A stretch of DNA of 64,000 nt from Amoebidium appalachense (GCA_963693365.1 CAVNZM010000005.1:8263679-8327678); one strand, 5' to 3'. Counted from the stretch's first letter, positions 38,152 to 61,403 are shown. Numbers and translations: made by a program. Notes: generated by a model from the sequence alone, not told the origin.

Positions 38152-39178
38152 TACACACATACACACACACATACACACACATCCTCGCGTGTGGCTGCGC
38201 ATGTGTGGGTCTCACAGTTCATCCCATCAATGCACCACCACGTGCCAGTTGAGTTTAGATATGAGTTGTGCATTAATACAAGGGGCCGTTTGTGTTCCTT
38301 GATGGCGCCAGATAGGCGTTCTTATGGTGGCTTTTCTGCCCTCTCCCCATTGCTCTGTATTTGTTTTACCTACGTGAGTGGCTGACCTGGCTTTGTTGCA
38401 GTCCAAGGGTGCTGACGGCACGCTGATGCCCGAGACATGGCGCCTGTTTCATGACGAGGTATGGTCACCACCACCCCATTGCCTTGTGGCCTCTGAGAAC
38501 CACGCACCATTTTTATCGCTTCCGCCTGCTCAAACTTATGGATAGACACCCACCAAGCGCACCAGCTTCACACATGCTCGATCACAGATATCTGTCAATT
38601 TGCTTCGAAGGTTGAATGTCTCTGCTTCCGTCTTGGCCATCCTGTAATTCATACATCCCCCCCCCCCCCACCCCCCACACCACCACCCCCCACCCTCCCC
38701 CCCTCCCTTCCTCCCCCCTCCCTTCCTCCCCCCCCTCAAATTCCCAAGCCCTTTTTTTCAGGGCAGGGTGTGTGTTACGTTTTAGTGGAAGGGGATTACT
38801 CGCCTTTCGTTGATATGGGCATGGTTTACATTGCACGCCTTCATTTTCTGCCGCACCATGCACTACCATGCACTATAGTCTGCATATATTTGAACGGGAC
38901 GATGTGTGTTGCAATCTCGCATACAACACTGTGCAGCATCCACTGTGTTTTTCGTTCGTTTCGTTTTGACCCCTGTCACTCCCGCAGATCGACCTGCTAG
39001 CCACACTACGGCACCCCAACCTTGTGATGTTCCTTGGCGGCTGTGTGGATCTGCAGCAGCCTTTGCTGGTCGAGGAGTTCATGCAGGGCGGCTCCCTACA
39101 GGTGCGGATGTGTGGGGGGTTTTTTTATTGTTATTGTTAATATTATTATTACTATTATTATTTATTATGATTCTTCTT

Positions 39179-39212
<34 letters not shown>

Positions 39213-39784
39213 AGCATTGTAGGCAAGGCCAGCCTTTTGGGCGATCTTTTGGTTCAGTGCACAGGTAGTGTGGCACGTAGGTATGCATGTACAGAGGCGA
39301 GGGGGGGGGGGGGCTGGACATGTGCATGTGTGTGTGTGTGTGCAGGCGTTTATGCATGCATGTGCATGTGCAATGCATGTGATTGTTGCCTCTATCCATG
39401 CGCATCTCACAGACCTAACATAATTACTGTGTGGGCCACCAGGAGCTCCTTGACCGACTAGGGCCCAAGCGTCTCTCAGCCAGCAAGGTGGCGCGCTATG
39501 CCACGGACATAGCACTGGGCCTCAACTATCTGCACACACACAACCCACCCGTCATCCACAGAGACCTGGCCCCCCTCCACCTGCTCTTCTCCACGGCCCC
39601 AGAGGTCTTGAAGGTGGCCTACCCACCCCATGCACATAGTGCTTGTGTGTTTGTGGCATGCCTGGGAGGCACATGTAGGCAAACGAGGGGGGGGGGGCAT
39701 AGGAATGTAAGCCATGATATTTTTTGCTTTAGGGGCAGTGGCTCTCAAGGGTTTAGGGCCGAGGGCAGCTAGGGGGAGGGGAGG

Positions 39785-39838
<54 letters not shown>

Positions 39839-40468
39839 CTTCTAAAACTGGGCCTCAGGGATATAACGTATAATGTTGCAAAGTTTTAGGGTTTGGATGG
39901 GTGGGCAGGTAGGCGGGGCGTTGGAAGGCCACCGGGTGGGTGGGTGGGTGTTTTTTTTTGGGGGGGGGGGGGATGGATTATACCAAAAAAAGGTCACACG
40001 GGTTTGTGGCTCTGGGGATGGTTGCTAATGTGTGAATGGCCGGCTGGTGTGTGTGGGGTGGCTAATGTGTGTTGCTGTGAGCAGCTTGCAGACTTTGGCT
40101 ACGGCAATCTGGTGCCTGCATGGCTGAAGAAGGCTGAGGGGGGACGTACGGAGGCGCTCGGGGGGTTCCGATATATGGCGCCAGAGGTGTTCATGCACAA
40201 GGCACACACCACTAAGGCGGACGTGTACTCGTTTGCTATCGTGCTGTGCTACATGGCAACAGGTATGTGGGTGCCTCTTCTCATCCCTGGATGGCTCAGG
40301 CATAAAGGAACAATGCTTGCTTATTGCAAACTGGCAATAAGTGCATGCTTTCTCACTACACTCCGCACTTCTTTTGGGAACTCCCTACTGCCCTCTCCTT
40401 CGAGCCCTCTCCCTGCTCTTCGCTCTCCCCTTCCCTCCTTCCCTGGGACCCTCTCTCCCTCCCCCCCC

Positions 40469-40518
<50 letters not shown>

Positions 40519-40979
40519 CCACCCTTCCACTCGGTCATTACTTGGCACGAAACAACAGAGCAGCAAGGGCTGGGATGTGCGTCTAGGGGGAAGAGGGGGT
40601 GCGGGTGCAGCATATGTAAAGCTAATTTTTGATCCTGCAGCAGGTATATGTGACATATTTGTGCTGTGCTGCATGTGCAGTCATGACACATTTATGTTGC
40701 ATGCACATATCCGACATTCAAGCAGCATGCATACATCTGACCTACCCCCCTACAGGGGTGCAACCCTACGGAGACATGGACCCCTACAAGGCCGCAGAGA
40801 GGGCCGCCAGTGAGCCCACTTTCCGGCCAAGCACGGTGGGCATGCCCCCAGTGCTTGCTGAGCTACTTGCTGCTTGCTGGGCAGATGACCCGGCACACAG
40901 GCTCACAATGGCTGAGGTGTTGAGAAGGTTACAGCCCCTGAAGGCAAAGTCTAAGGATGGAAAGTGTGTGGTTATGTAG
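23664..40979 (+). CDS. Ankyrin-repeat TKL-group (Raf-like/plant ILK-like) protein kinase with C-terminal CaaX, 23 exons, about 937 aa
   Basis: In-frame exons: 23664-23748, 24411-24491, 25042-25145, 27378-27569, 28642-28776, 29501-29652, 30481-30572, 30855-30955, 32152-32307, 32966-33029, 33532-33662, 33958-34105, 34388-34539, 35264-35321, 36021-36126, 36363-36473, 36856-37000, 37398-37454, 38402-38458, 38988-39101, 39443-39613, 40085-40262, 40756-40979. Repeated [16 protein letters not shown] and DRWGxTPL ankyrin motifs. Kinase motifs [37 protein letters not shown] and CW..DP..R. Ends [12 protein letters not shown]. Confidence 0.93.
25635..25744 (+). ncRNA. Structured ~110-nt motif, copy 1 (unclassified)
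   Basis: Nested stems GGUCUC/GAGACU, CUCUGCAGA/UCUGCAGGG, CGUU/AACG and ACGCA/UGCGU, plus the hairpin UUCUCC/GGAGAA. Homologous to 25841-25953. Confidence 0.5.
25841..25953 (+). ncRNA. Structured ~110-nt motif, copy 2 (unclassified)
   Basis: Nested stems GGUCUUA/UAAGACC, CUGCA/UGCAG and AUCGUUAG/CUGACGAU, plus hairpins CUCA..UGAG and GAUCGUA/UACGAUU. It is a diverged homologue of copy 1. Confidence 0.5.
26404..26721 (+). ncRNA. About 300-nt multibranch structured RNA candidate
   Basis: Closing stem AGCUCCCUU (26416-24)/GGGGGAGCU (26713-21). Inner stems ACCCAU/AUGGGU, AUGUUAC/GUAACAU, UUUGG/CCAAA, GCUUU/AAAGU, CCGC/GCGG with UAGUAA/UUACUA, and GAAUU/AAUUC capped by a cUUCGg tetraloop (26645-26650). 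Confidence 0.5.
26719..27059 (+). repeat. Copy B of the 341-bp dispersed structured element (intron 3 of the ankyrin kinase)
   Basis: Inverted near-identical copy of 16946-17286, ending ...GACGCATTCAAA followed by a C-run. Confidence 0.95.
31095..31643. mobile_element. piggyBac-like non-autonomous element (MITE), about 540 bp
   Basis: TTAA at 31095-98 and 31640-43 flank CC...GG ends. Imperfect TIRs CCTGTTCATACCC versus reverse-complemented CCTCTTGAGACCC. The interior is AT-rich and lacks microsatellites. Subterminal palindrome TTGGACGGG-A-CCCGTCCAA at 31596-31614. Confidence 0.65.
35363..36020. repeat. 46-bp minisatellite, about 13-14 copies, filling intron 14 of the ankyrin kinase
   Basis: Unit CCTACTGTGTGCACATCATAGCACATTGCATGCCCACACCCACCCA, with period 46 from 35409 to 36007 and no spacers. 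Confidence 0.95.
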
Positions 40980-42558
40980 GTGGGTGTGTGTGGTGGTGGT
41001 GGTCGTGAGGGAGGGGGGGGGGAGGGAGGGGAGGATGGGATTGAGGGAGGGGGGGGGGGGGGGGGGAGAAAGGGAAGGGGGGGAGGGGGGAGGGGGGGGG
41101 GGGGAGGGGGGTTAATGTGTGGATATTCGAGTGGAGAATATGTGTGGATATAGTTCAGGTATGTGGGGGTGGCAGGTCACGTAGTGTTGTGTGTGCAGAT
41201 TGATGCAAAGAAGTATTGGGATGTGTGTGGTCATAAAGTGGGTGTGTGGTTATGTTAGTTGAGTCAGTATGTGTGGGTAGAAAAAAAGAATGCCATTGTG
41301 TGGGCGTCAGTTAAGCTTTGTTGGGATGTGGTAAGTGAGAGTCTCGGTGCGGATGTCGGTGCGTGTATAGTGGAAGTGTACAGTGTTTGGTGCATGGTGT
41401 GAGAGAATATTGAAGCGGTACAGTAGTTTATAGCAGTTATGGACGTGTAAGTGGTAGTTGGTGTGGATGGTGCGCAGGCATAGGCCCATTCCTTAGTGTG
41501 TACTTGTTGACGTGTGTTCTCTTTTCGCTGACCCAGGCAGTGAAATTGTTGAATATACCGTTGTATGATACCTTGATGTTGAATTTGGTTGGGCAGGTGT
41601 GGTTGGTGGGTGGGTGAGTGTGTGTGTGTTTGTATGTGGTGTGGGTGGATGGGGGGAGGGTGTGTGTACATGTCTGTGTCCATCTCTGTGACTCTCTGAG
41701 AGCGGGGCGTGCAGGGGGAGAGAGGGGGGGGGGGGGGGATCTCTTTCGAGTTGTTTCTTGGTTGTACGGCGATCTCAGGCACGAAATCGAACAAACACAT
41801 AGTCTTAAGACAGTCGTAGCTTATGGGAGTTAGTTTGCATGGTTTCAAAAATGGTTCATATTGATTTCTAATCTGCACAACATGCAGTATAGACTTAGTT
41901 GACCACGCTGTACATTGTGCCACGTGTTACTGAGTAACTCTTGTGTGCTGTATGGGGTATGGGGGTTCCCATTGTGTTAGTTTTGCCCCAGCTGGCTGGG
42001 TTAGACCCCCCCAAAGTAAATTCATCATAAGATGCGGCCCTAGGGCCTGCATGGGTCCCGAGAAATTAATGATACCCTGACCTGGAGGTGTCTCACCAGA
42101 CCCCCCCCCCCCCCCGTCAGAATGTGATGCACGGCACACATTCCCTAGCAATAATTATCTCTATATGCATCGCATAATGCACACACACGTGCACACACAA
42201 CACGCAGTGTAGAGTGGGCATGCATGGGGATCTTGGGATTAATTAGATGGCGTTTGATTGACGTCATCCCTCAATGCTTGTGATAGCATAGGATGACTAG
42301 TCTACATAGCGGAGTGTCAAACATATCTTTTGTATCATATGTGTTCTTATTGACACTCGGCTATATCATGTTAACATTATGGACCTCTTGTAACTACCTG
42401 TGCTTGTATCTGTTTATCGCATAGGTATCTGTGGAATCCGAGCTTGTGTTTGCTATGAGATTGCCACAGATTACGCTGTGTGTGATTGGTCATTGTGTTC
42501 TAGCCAGCGGGTATATAAGCCGTCCAGAACCAATACAAACATGAGTCACCATGAATTT

Positions 42559-42603
<45 letters not shown>

Positions 42604-42987
42604 CCCGCCCCCTTTTTTTCCCCCTTATGGGCACTGTGATTTGCCGGGTCAGAGAATTTTATTTGCAAGTACATGTTCCACCTATGTGCATGTTCTCCTT
42701 ATGATCAAAGAGTCTCGAGGGCGTGGGGAGATAAGATACATACAAGGGAAATCAGCCTAATATATCATCATTGGGAGAGCGAGAGCTTGCAATGGATGCC
42801 TGGTTGTTACCAGGTACCACGGATACGTGGGGCCCAGCTCATTTGAACACATTTTATGATGATAGCATAATCAATTTGGGATAGAATTGCGCATGCATGC
42901 GCATGGTGACTTGGGAGCCAAAACCTTAGGCCGAACAGACATACGATGCGGGCTTTTCTTTCTTTTTTTTTTTTTTTTGGTGGTGGT

Positions 42988-43027
<40 letters not shown>

Positions 43028-43800
43028 TGTTGTGATCCGTCAGTGTGCGCCCCATGATTATTGATACGGTTTCCAAGTATATCCGGGTCATCACTAGATA
43101 ATACATGAGAGGGAAGAAAAGAAAAGAGAAGGGGGCAAAGAGGGGGGGAGGGGGGGGAGGGTTCGATGCGTTCCTACAATTCATCAAAAGAAGTCCATGT
43201 CAATAAGGGCCTATACAATGCAACTTTGTACAAAAAAAAAAAACAAAAAAAAAACGTGTCAAATGGAGGCCAATATGGGGAGGAGACCGGAAGAGGGAGG
43301 AAAGTGAAGCATATGCAGGGCCGCAGCTGCGTCAAATGGTTGCATCGTTCACTGTGTGACATGAGGACATAAGCCCCGGCATGATGCCCACCTCACACAC
43401 GGGGCAGAGAGAGGTGAAGGGTACAGTAAGTTCATTCGAACCCTAACTGTTTGCATAGACCGCTCATGACAAAACACATCACCGTTATGTCAGGATTGTT
43501 TTATGCACCTTGGCATCTTTAGGGTATCGACACTAATCATTTTAATACTAAACAAAACAAATGGCTCAAGAATACAAAATGCATCCAGTCCATTCATTTC
43601 GCTCCCACAATCAATGAATGGGTCAGATAGAAGGGCGTTTTCAGTGTGAATGTTACCGTCTCATAACAAACATTTACAAAAATGACCGAAAAAAGCTATC
43701 GGCAAAAGGTTAAAAACAAATCACAAGTCACAAGGCTTAGCTACCCACCCCAAAAATCCAGCGGAATATAATCAGTCTAAATACTCGCTGAATCACTTTA

Positions 43801-53464
<9,664 letters not shown>

Positions 53465-55324
53465 CTGGCCCGTGCGATGTCAGCACATGAAAGAGGTGTA
53501 TCGAGGCAAAAGGCGGCGGAAAAGTGGAGGTTGACCGGCCTTGATTCTTTCTACTTTGTGGGTTTGCCAGAGTTACTGTAGTGCTCTGCTGGAGGAAGAA
53601 GGCACGATGCTAACAACATGCAAGTGAAAGGCTGAAGGAAGAATGTCAAGTTTTTACCCCTGTCCTGCTATCAAGTGGGTTCGGCCAAGCCACATGAAAC
53701 AAGAAAGAAAGCAAGAAACCCGCAGATATGCTTCCCACAACGCCTGGCGACTGTGTAGGGACACATGAACCTCCCAAAAGGCAGCAAGGGTACAAAGGCA
53801 TGAAACCCACCTTCAAGTAGCGTTCAGAGCAGCCGGAAAACACCTAAGTCCAGGTAGTAATGATATGAAATAGTTACTAAGCCCAAAACAACACCTGCAT
53901 AGCCTGTAGCTCAGGTTGCTCTCTAACTCGTGCCCAAGCTTCTACACTCTACAAGATTTCATACATATGCCAGCAGGAGTCGACTCCGGAAAGCTTTTGT
54001 GCCAAAGTGAAATATTGTAGTTGTGCACAGAAAAAGTTTTCGTTTGTGTCAACTTGGGCGGGCTGTGCGCAGGACTGATGTTCAATCGAAATGATTGGCT
54101 GAACACCAAATGCCTGACTTATAAGCAATATGATTGGACCTTGTACCACCAATGGAAAGGCTGTCTACATGCTTGCATTATTATGAAAATTTTCATTATA
54201 TATATGCACGCCAAAAACCTCAGGTAGATAAAAGCTGTAACAGTTATAGGTTTGAAAATACCATCACCTTTTAGTTTGGTCACAACAGACTCTCCAAGAA
54301 ATCCAAGTTTTGCTTGTGCCATGCAACCAAACTGGGAAAGTGGCGGACCATAATTGGCATGTAAAGCCTGAACCGATACGATGAGGTCATTTTTATACGC
54401 CACGTGCAGAGTCAGTCCAACAACTGAAGGTCGAAGACACAAATATAAGTTCGGGGCGCTCAGGCAAGAGCAATACATTGTAATAGTTTTTGAATATTAT
54501 ATTTATTATGTAGCTGTGACAGCATTGCATATGGTAATAACCATCTGTTCAAAGGCCAGGCTCAGCTGCGAAGCATAAAAAAAAAAAAGAAAAATTAGAA
54601 ATCTGCCGAGTATATCGTCTGACGTTTTAGACTAGATCTCCAATCCGCATAGGACCCCTCCTTCGCAGCCGAAACAGAAAAAAACGACCATTTTCAGAAC
54701 TCGCGATCCGGATTTTATTGAGCTTGGTCGTGCAGATATTTTGCATAAGTGTAAGTAGTGTAGTCGACCGTAACCACTGAAGTGCAACATAGTCACGCTA
54801 AATATATGGCGTTGAGAAACAAAAACTTGAACAATGGCTAAATATATTGCCCTTCTTCGTTTGTAAGTTCTCGGACGTGAAAGAACGGGTATTCGCCGAT
54901 TCAACTGTATAATTTTGTAATTTACGATTAAAGATCCACTTTTTGGGATCTCCAGGGCTGATTAAAAAAAGTGCCAGGTGTGAGCCACAGGAACTCGAGG
55001 GGACAAACAAAAACCGACTCTTTGAAAGTTTTGAAGATAACATGCCGGGGAACGAGAGGGACTAATATTAGTTTTGCCAGATAACTGAACAACTAAGAAA
55101 GAAAGCTTTTCATCTGGTAGAGGTAATGTTCCTTGTTTCCCAGTACCCCTACCGTTTAAAGTTAGCACAGCTGCCTGGGCACGTTCTATGTGCGGCCTGA
55201 ACATACGAAAACGGGGTCAGCAGAATTGGCATCATTTTGAAGGCAACCGCTGAGATATTATGCAACCTTTCAACCTACCCCTTATCCCCCCCCCCCCCTT
55301 CCTCCGCCCCCGGACCGCCCCTAC

Positions 55325-55357
<33 letters not shown>

Positions 55358-55583
55358 TGTGTGTGGAAAAAAAAAGAAAGTAACGGGAGAACAAAGGGAA
55401 AGAGGAGGGGGAGGGGGAGGAGGGGAGGGAGGGAGGGAGATGTCGACTTCTGCTTTGTTGGGTATTAACTTGCATCAACTAGCCATGCATGGCTTGCATT
55501 GCGCTTCCGGCGTGCTGGTGCGTATCTCACTGGGGCAAAGCCAACTTTTTTGACTAAGTCTTTCCGGCAGACACTCTCTGAAG
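53465..55583. promoter_or_regulatory. Bidirectional promoter/5'UTR region between G6PD and the CAMK-like kinase
   Basis: Lies between divergent starts, is mostly microsatellite-free, and has paired GATTGG motifs at about 54093 and 54132. Confidence 0.5.
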
Positions 55584-56442
55584 ATGCTGGTCAAACCGAT
55601 CTACTCGCCTATGATGGCAAAGGACATACCCACTGGCTTCAAGGTAGGCAGATGTCTTGGTGTGACCTTGCCGACTCATAAGCCGGAGAGAGCTTATACT
55701 TAGGGGGCTCGGGCTTAAGGAGGGTATGTTTATTTTAGGATTTCCCGGGCAGCTAGCGTCTTTGTGGTATTTTTCTGCCCTCAGTATACTTGCCTTTCTG
55801 TTGCTTGCTGCGTTACTTCTGGAAGTGAGCAGCCGGCGTGCCTCTCATCGCCTATGTTGATCAAGCCTTTTGGCAGTTTTAAAGGAGGGCACAAGAAATG
55901 CTGCTTGGTTGGTGCAGGGCATGTGTCGTTGGCTTTTGTGCATGATGTTGTGAGGGGATGGATGTCAACTACCTCTCCTGCTTGCAGGTTATGCGGGTAT
56001 CCGACGTCAACCAAAAAGTCAAACCGGCAACCCTGGGTGGGCAGCTTCATCGCTTTGGAGAGAGAGTCGAGAAGGTGCGTGTGTACAGACTCAGGGCTGC
56101 TGGTTTGCCTGTTCTACACTACAAAACACTTTCCTTGGTTGACACTTGTAGTGGCTTTATGACCTGAGCGTATATGCTTGTCTTAAAAGGGACATGGGGC
56201 CTCTCAACACTGAACGTGATTATGTTGGGGGGATGCATGGTTCCCTCAAGAGTAACATGTGTTTTTGGAACAGAAACTGTCGGGCAGAAAGGAGGAGGAG
56301 ATACTGGAGGTTCATCACATTGGTGAGTCTGACTTGCTGGGGTTTCCCATGTTGCACACGCAAAAAGGAAAGAGGAATGAGAGAGGGTGGCTGAAAAGCA
56401 GAAGGAGGCGGGCAGCAGTAACGAGTGGGATTTTTTTTTTTT

Positions 56443-56473
<31 letters not shown>

Positions 56474-59121
56474 GGGGATGGGGGGGAGGAGAGATGAGCG
56501 AATTATGTTGGTTTCCTTGTTTGGTTTGTTTGGCTCCCGCCACTTGCTTCTTTCCGCACCCGGGGGGCGGGGAGGGGGGCGGGGGGGGGGGGGGGGGGGG
56601 GGGGGAGGCTAGATCAGGAAAGTGGACGGGAGTGGTTGCTTGAAGAGTTGATTGAGCAATGAGGAAGGCAGGAAGGGGAAGGGGAGCCCAAGGCATGGGA
56701 TGTGGGATGGTGGTGGGTGTATATGGAGAAAGGGTGGGGGGGGGGGGGGGGGGGGGGGGGGGGGAGGGGGGGATGGGACCCAAAGAAGCACGCTGTTCCT
56801 GTGGGATGAACGTGAGATTGAGAAGTCGGGTGACAGAATAGGTGGTTTTCTGAAGATGGTGTGGTTTACAGAGTACAAGAAATCGGTAATATGTGTGTGT
56901 GTATGGGGAGGGGGGCGGGGCAGACCCGATCTGGGTTGATGTCCCCCCAATCTCCCCCTTTCTTCCCGTAGCAAAACTATGAACACACACATGCAGACAC
57001 GCAGCCGCGCACGCACACAAACATGCACATGCACACACACACACAAACACACGCCAAACCACCATTCTCTCGCCCCCACCTCTGTCTCTCCCCCCCCCCC
57101 CCCTCCCTCCCTCGTCCCCCCCCTCCTTTCCTCCCCCCCAACCGCCTAGAGGCAACACCACCAACCTCTACTGTTTACTTCACCTTCTAGTTCATTCATT
57201 CCCCCCCCTCCTCCCCTCCCCCCTTCCCTCTCCCCGCCCCCTCCATTCACCCCCCCCCCCCCCCTTTCTGCGCGCGCACTCACCACCCTCGGCAATACCA
57301 ATGCCTTACCCTCTGCAGGCACCGGGGAGACGTTGATGCAGAATGACCATTTCTGCCTGGGCTCGTGGCACTCGTGGCATTTCTTTGCAAAAGGCAAGTC
57401 GGCCCGTATCATATGACGTGTGATGGGATTTATTCGCATATCCGTCATTGTTTCGTTTCTCTGGATTGTCTGCACTCATATTCTCCTGTTTTTTTTCTTT
57501 CTTTTTCTTTCTTCCTTTTTTTTTTTTGGACTGGGGGAGGAGGGGGGGGGGGGGGGGTTCTATGAGTACGGGCATGTTGGTTTGTTTGGTTGTGGTGGTG
57601 TTGGTTTTGCCTTGTTCCCCCCCCCCCCCCCTCCCCCCCAACCCACACATTCATTCACGCACACGGCGGTACCGCCGCTGTTCTGGAGGGACGGAGAGTT
57701 GAAGAGGTGGTTGTATGACGGATAGTGAGTGAAGGAAGAAAATGCCAAAGCGCATGCCACCCCCCCACCCTCTCCCCCCTTTCCCCTCTCCCCTCCCTTC
57801 CAATGCTCCACCTCGTCCTTGGAGGGGCGGAAAATTTACTCTAACATCAACGGTTGGGTCATCCCGTACCGAAGATCACTTTTCTTAATTAGCGTTTTGG
57901 TCATCTGGGTGGTCGTTCCGGGGGAGGGGGGGGGGGGGGGGTTGGAGGGGCGGGGGGGGGGGGGGGGGTTGGAGGGGCGGGGGGGGGGGGGGGGGGGAGG
58001 GGGGATTTGCGTGTAGGGTGGGTGGTGGCACCGTGGAAACCGGTTTTGATCAGTAAGGAGGGAGAGGATAGAGGGAGATGGTGGTATGGCGAGTTACTAG
58101 TTAGTGGGGCTGGAAAAGGGCAACGTGCATGCATAGCCCCTTCCCCCCCCCCCCCCCCCCCCCTCACCCCCCGTGCACCCACACACACAATCGATTTCAG
58201 CATTAGCGAGTCTGTTTGTCCCAGACCGATTATCCTCATTTGTTGTGTTTGGACGTCTGTGTATTGAAGTTTCCTTGCTAGGGAGGGACCGCCTTGGATG
58301 GGTGTGTGTGTGGGTGGGGGGGGGGGGGGGGGGGGGGGGGGGGGGCGGTAGGCAGGGGGATCGAAAGGGAAGGAGGGAGGGGGGAGGAGGGGCAGGGAGG
58401 ACGAGGGGATGCTGGTACACTGTAGAGGAAAGGAATCTCCCATGGTTATGCATATGTGGAGGGGGATGGTTGTTGTTCGTTGTCTGTGCTGTGAATTATC
58501 TCTCTCCAGTACACTTCTGCTGTTTTCCTGCGAGGTCTTGTAGTTCCTGCTTGTTTTTTTTTTGTTTTTTTTTGTTTTTTCGCTTCTTTTTTGTCTATTC
58601 ACGTGGTTTTTTCTGTTTCCTGGGCTGAGTTTACGTTCTTGCAGCGTCCAGCCAGTACAACTTCTTTGTGCTGCTCAAAGACAATGGGCCCAAGGTTACA
58701 CAGAAGTACCGCATCGTGGCCCAGGCAAAGAACTTGGAGACCGCCGTCAAGGTAAAGGGGAAGGGAGGAGGGGAAGGGGGGGGGGCTGAGGTGGATGAGA
58801 GAGGGGCGGAGGGGGGGGAGGGGGGGGGGGGGGGGGAGGAGGGGGGGGGGGGGGGAGGGAAGGGGGGAGAGAGAGAGGGAGGGAGGGAGGAGACAGAAAG
58901 AAAGGACGGGGGAGGAGACGAGAAACGGGATTGGGGGGGGGAGGTGAGGGGGGGAAATGGGCTGGATGTGGCATGCTGCAGAGAAGAATGGAAGCTGGGG
59001 TTGATGTACTCCTTCCTCGGGTGGGAGAAGCCATGGAGCACCACCCTTGATGGTGGGGGAGGGAGGAGGGAGGGGGGTGGGGGGGGGGATGAGGGTGTGT
59101 GTGTGTGTGTGTGGGCAGGGG

Positions 59122-59167
<46 letters not shown>

Positions 59168-59697
59168 GGGGGCATATGTGCACGAAAACAGGACCAGCAC
59201 ACGTGGACCCTGTCTTCATTCATACAGGAGGATACAGATTGATTGTTTGGGGTCGGTGATACACGTAGCCGTGTAGGTGGGGCTGGCGAGGGGGGGGGGG
59301 GAGGGGAGGGGGGAAGGGAGGGGGTTAGAAGGAGAGAGGGGAAGAGGGCGGGGGGGGGGGGGGGAGGGGGGCAAGGACACTAAAGCATGGGGACGTGCAG
59401 GACTGGAACACAATCAACGAGAACATTCTACCAAAGCTGGCCGGTGTGCAAGGTAGGACTATGGTGGTTTGGAGGTACAGGTGTGTGGGCATGAGGTGGT
59501 GGTGGGTGGGTAGGTGTGTGGGGGGGAGGGGGGGGTAGGTAATGCTCTTGTGGTGTTGAGGAGAATGATAGGAGATGTATGTCGGGTGGAGGGAGTCTAG
59601 CAGGATACGAGATAATGCAAATGGTTGACCGGAGAAGAATGAAGAAACCCTGAATGTTGAACTGCATGCCACCTGAACCGCCCTCCCACCCAGAACA

Positions 59698-59768
<71 letters not shown>

Positions 59769-59864
59769 TTGCATGACCAGTAGATATTGTTCCGTTTTTG
59801 GGAGCAGCGGTGACTGGTTTAAGTGCTTGTCATTCACCTTTATTTATTTATTTATTTGTTTTTT

Positions 59865-59902
<38 letters not shown>

Positions 59903-60489
59903 GTTGCTTAGGGGTTGTGAGTGTTCTTGAGGTGGAGAAGATGCTGCAGCAGATGAGGGAGGAGGTGGAGCTGGACATGGAGGACAGTGAGCAGCTGGAG
60001 TCTGCTGAGGGGTTCAGGAAGGTGAGTGTGTGAATGAATGAGTGCCCTTGTTTCTTTCTTTGTTTTTTCTTTTGTTTTTCTTTGGGCGGGGAAGACGGCA
60101 TGGGATGGGAAGGGGAGGACGGGGAAGGGGGAGGGGGGGGGGGGGGGGATGGAGGGGAGGGGGGGGGGGAGGGGAAAGGGCTGGAGGGGGGGCATTTGTG
60201 TCAGTGTGTATGTGGGTATGGGTGGGGGGGTGGTGGGTTTGGGGATGTGTGTGGGTTGGGGTTGGGATGAGAGTGGATGGATGGGTGGGTGGTGGTGGTG
60301 GGGGGGGGGGGGGGGGGGGGGGGGTGCATGGTGATGATGTGTGGTCACTTTTTTGTGTGCATGTGTGTAATAGTGTGTGTGTGCTTGATAGAGTGCATAT
60401 AGCAATAACAGGGTGGGGTAAATAATGATATCCCTCATTTCTGTGTGTGCACTCGTTTTGTGTTGGTGCTACTGGTGTGTGGGTTGGTT

Positions 60490-60534
<45 letters not shown>

Positions 60535-61342
60535 GGGGGGGGGGGGGGGGGGAAGAAGAGGGGACAATGGGGGTGTTTCTGAGGGTATCTCTTATGTGTT
60601 TGTGTGCAGCGGAGTGGTTGGGAGGGGAAAGAAAGGGTTGGTGTCGTGTGTGGGGGAAGGGGGGGGGGAGTAAGGGGGATAGTGAGTGAGAGAGAGAGAG
60701 AAGGGGGGGGGGGGGGGGGGGGGGGGGGATTTGGTACTTCTTAGGTACATAAAAAATAGATGGAAGTGGTTTGACAGGAGGACGACGGGCTGGCTGGTTG
60801 GTCGGGGGCAGGGTTGGAGGAGGAGGGTGGGGGGTGGGGGGGGGGGGGTGGGGGGGGTGGGGGGAAGGAGCGGGAAAGGAAGGGAGGGGTGTAATGGGGA
60901 GGGGGGGGAGGGATTGAAAGCGTGCAATTGGGGGGGGAGGGGGAGGGAGCATACTTGTGCACTTATGATCTGGCATACCAGTATACTCCCTGCTGTTCCT
61001 AACTGCCACCACACTAACACCAGACACCAATTCTTTGATGCATACCCTTTGTGTTTGCTCTTCTTCTTCTTTTTTTTTTTTTTTTTTTTTTACTGTTTTG
61101 TATGTGTACTGTGTACTGTCTACATTTTCTTACCCCACCCCCACCCCCCACCCCCCACTTCCCCCTTCCGTGGCACGTGGCACAGATTTTGCGACTTAAG
61201 CATTACAAGATCATAAAATCACTCGGGGAGGGCAGCTACGGCCAGGTCAAGCTGGCCGAGGACCTTAACACAGGCACAAAGGTGTGTGTGTGTGTGTGGG
61301 GGTGTGTGTGTGGGTGTGTGTGTGTGTGTGTGTGTGGGTGTA

Positions 61343-61403
<61 letters not shown>

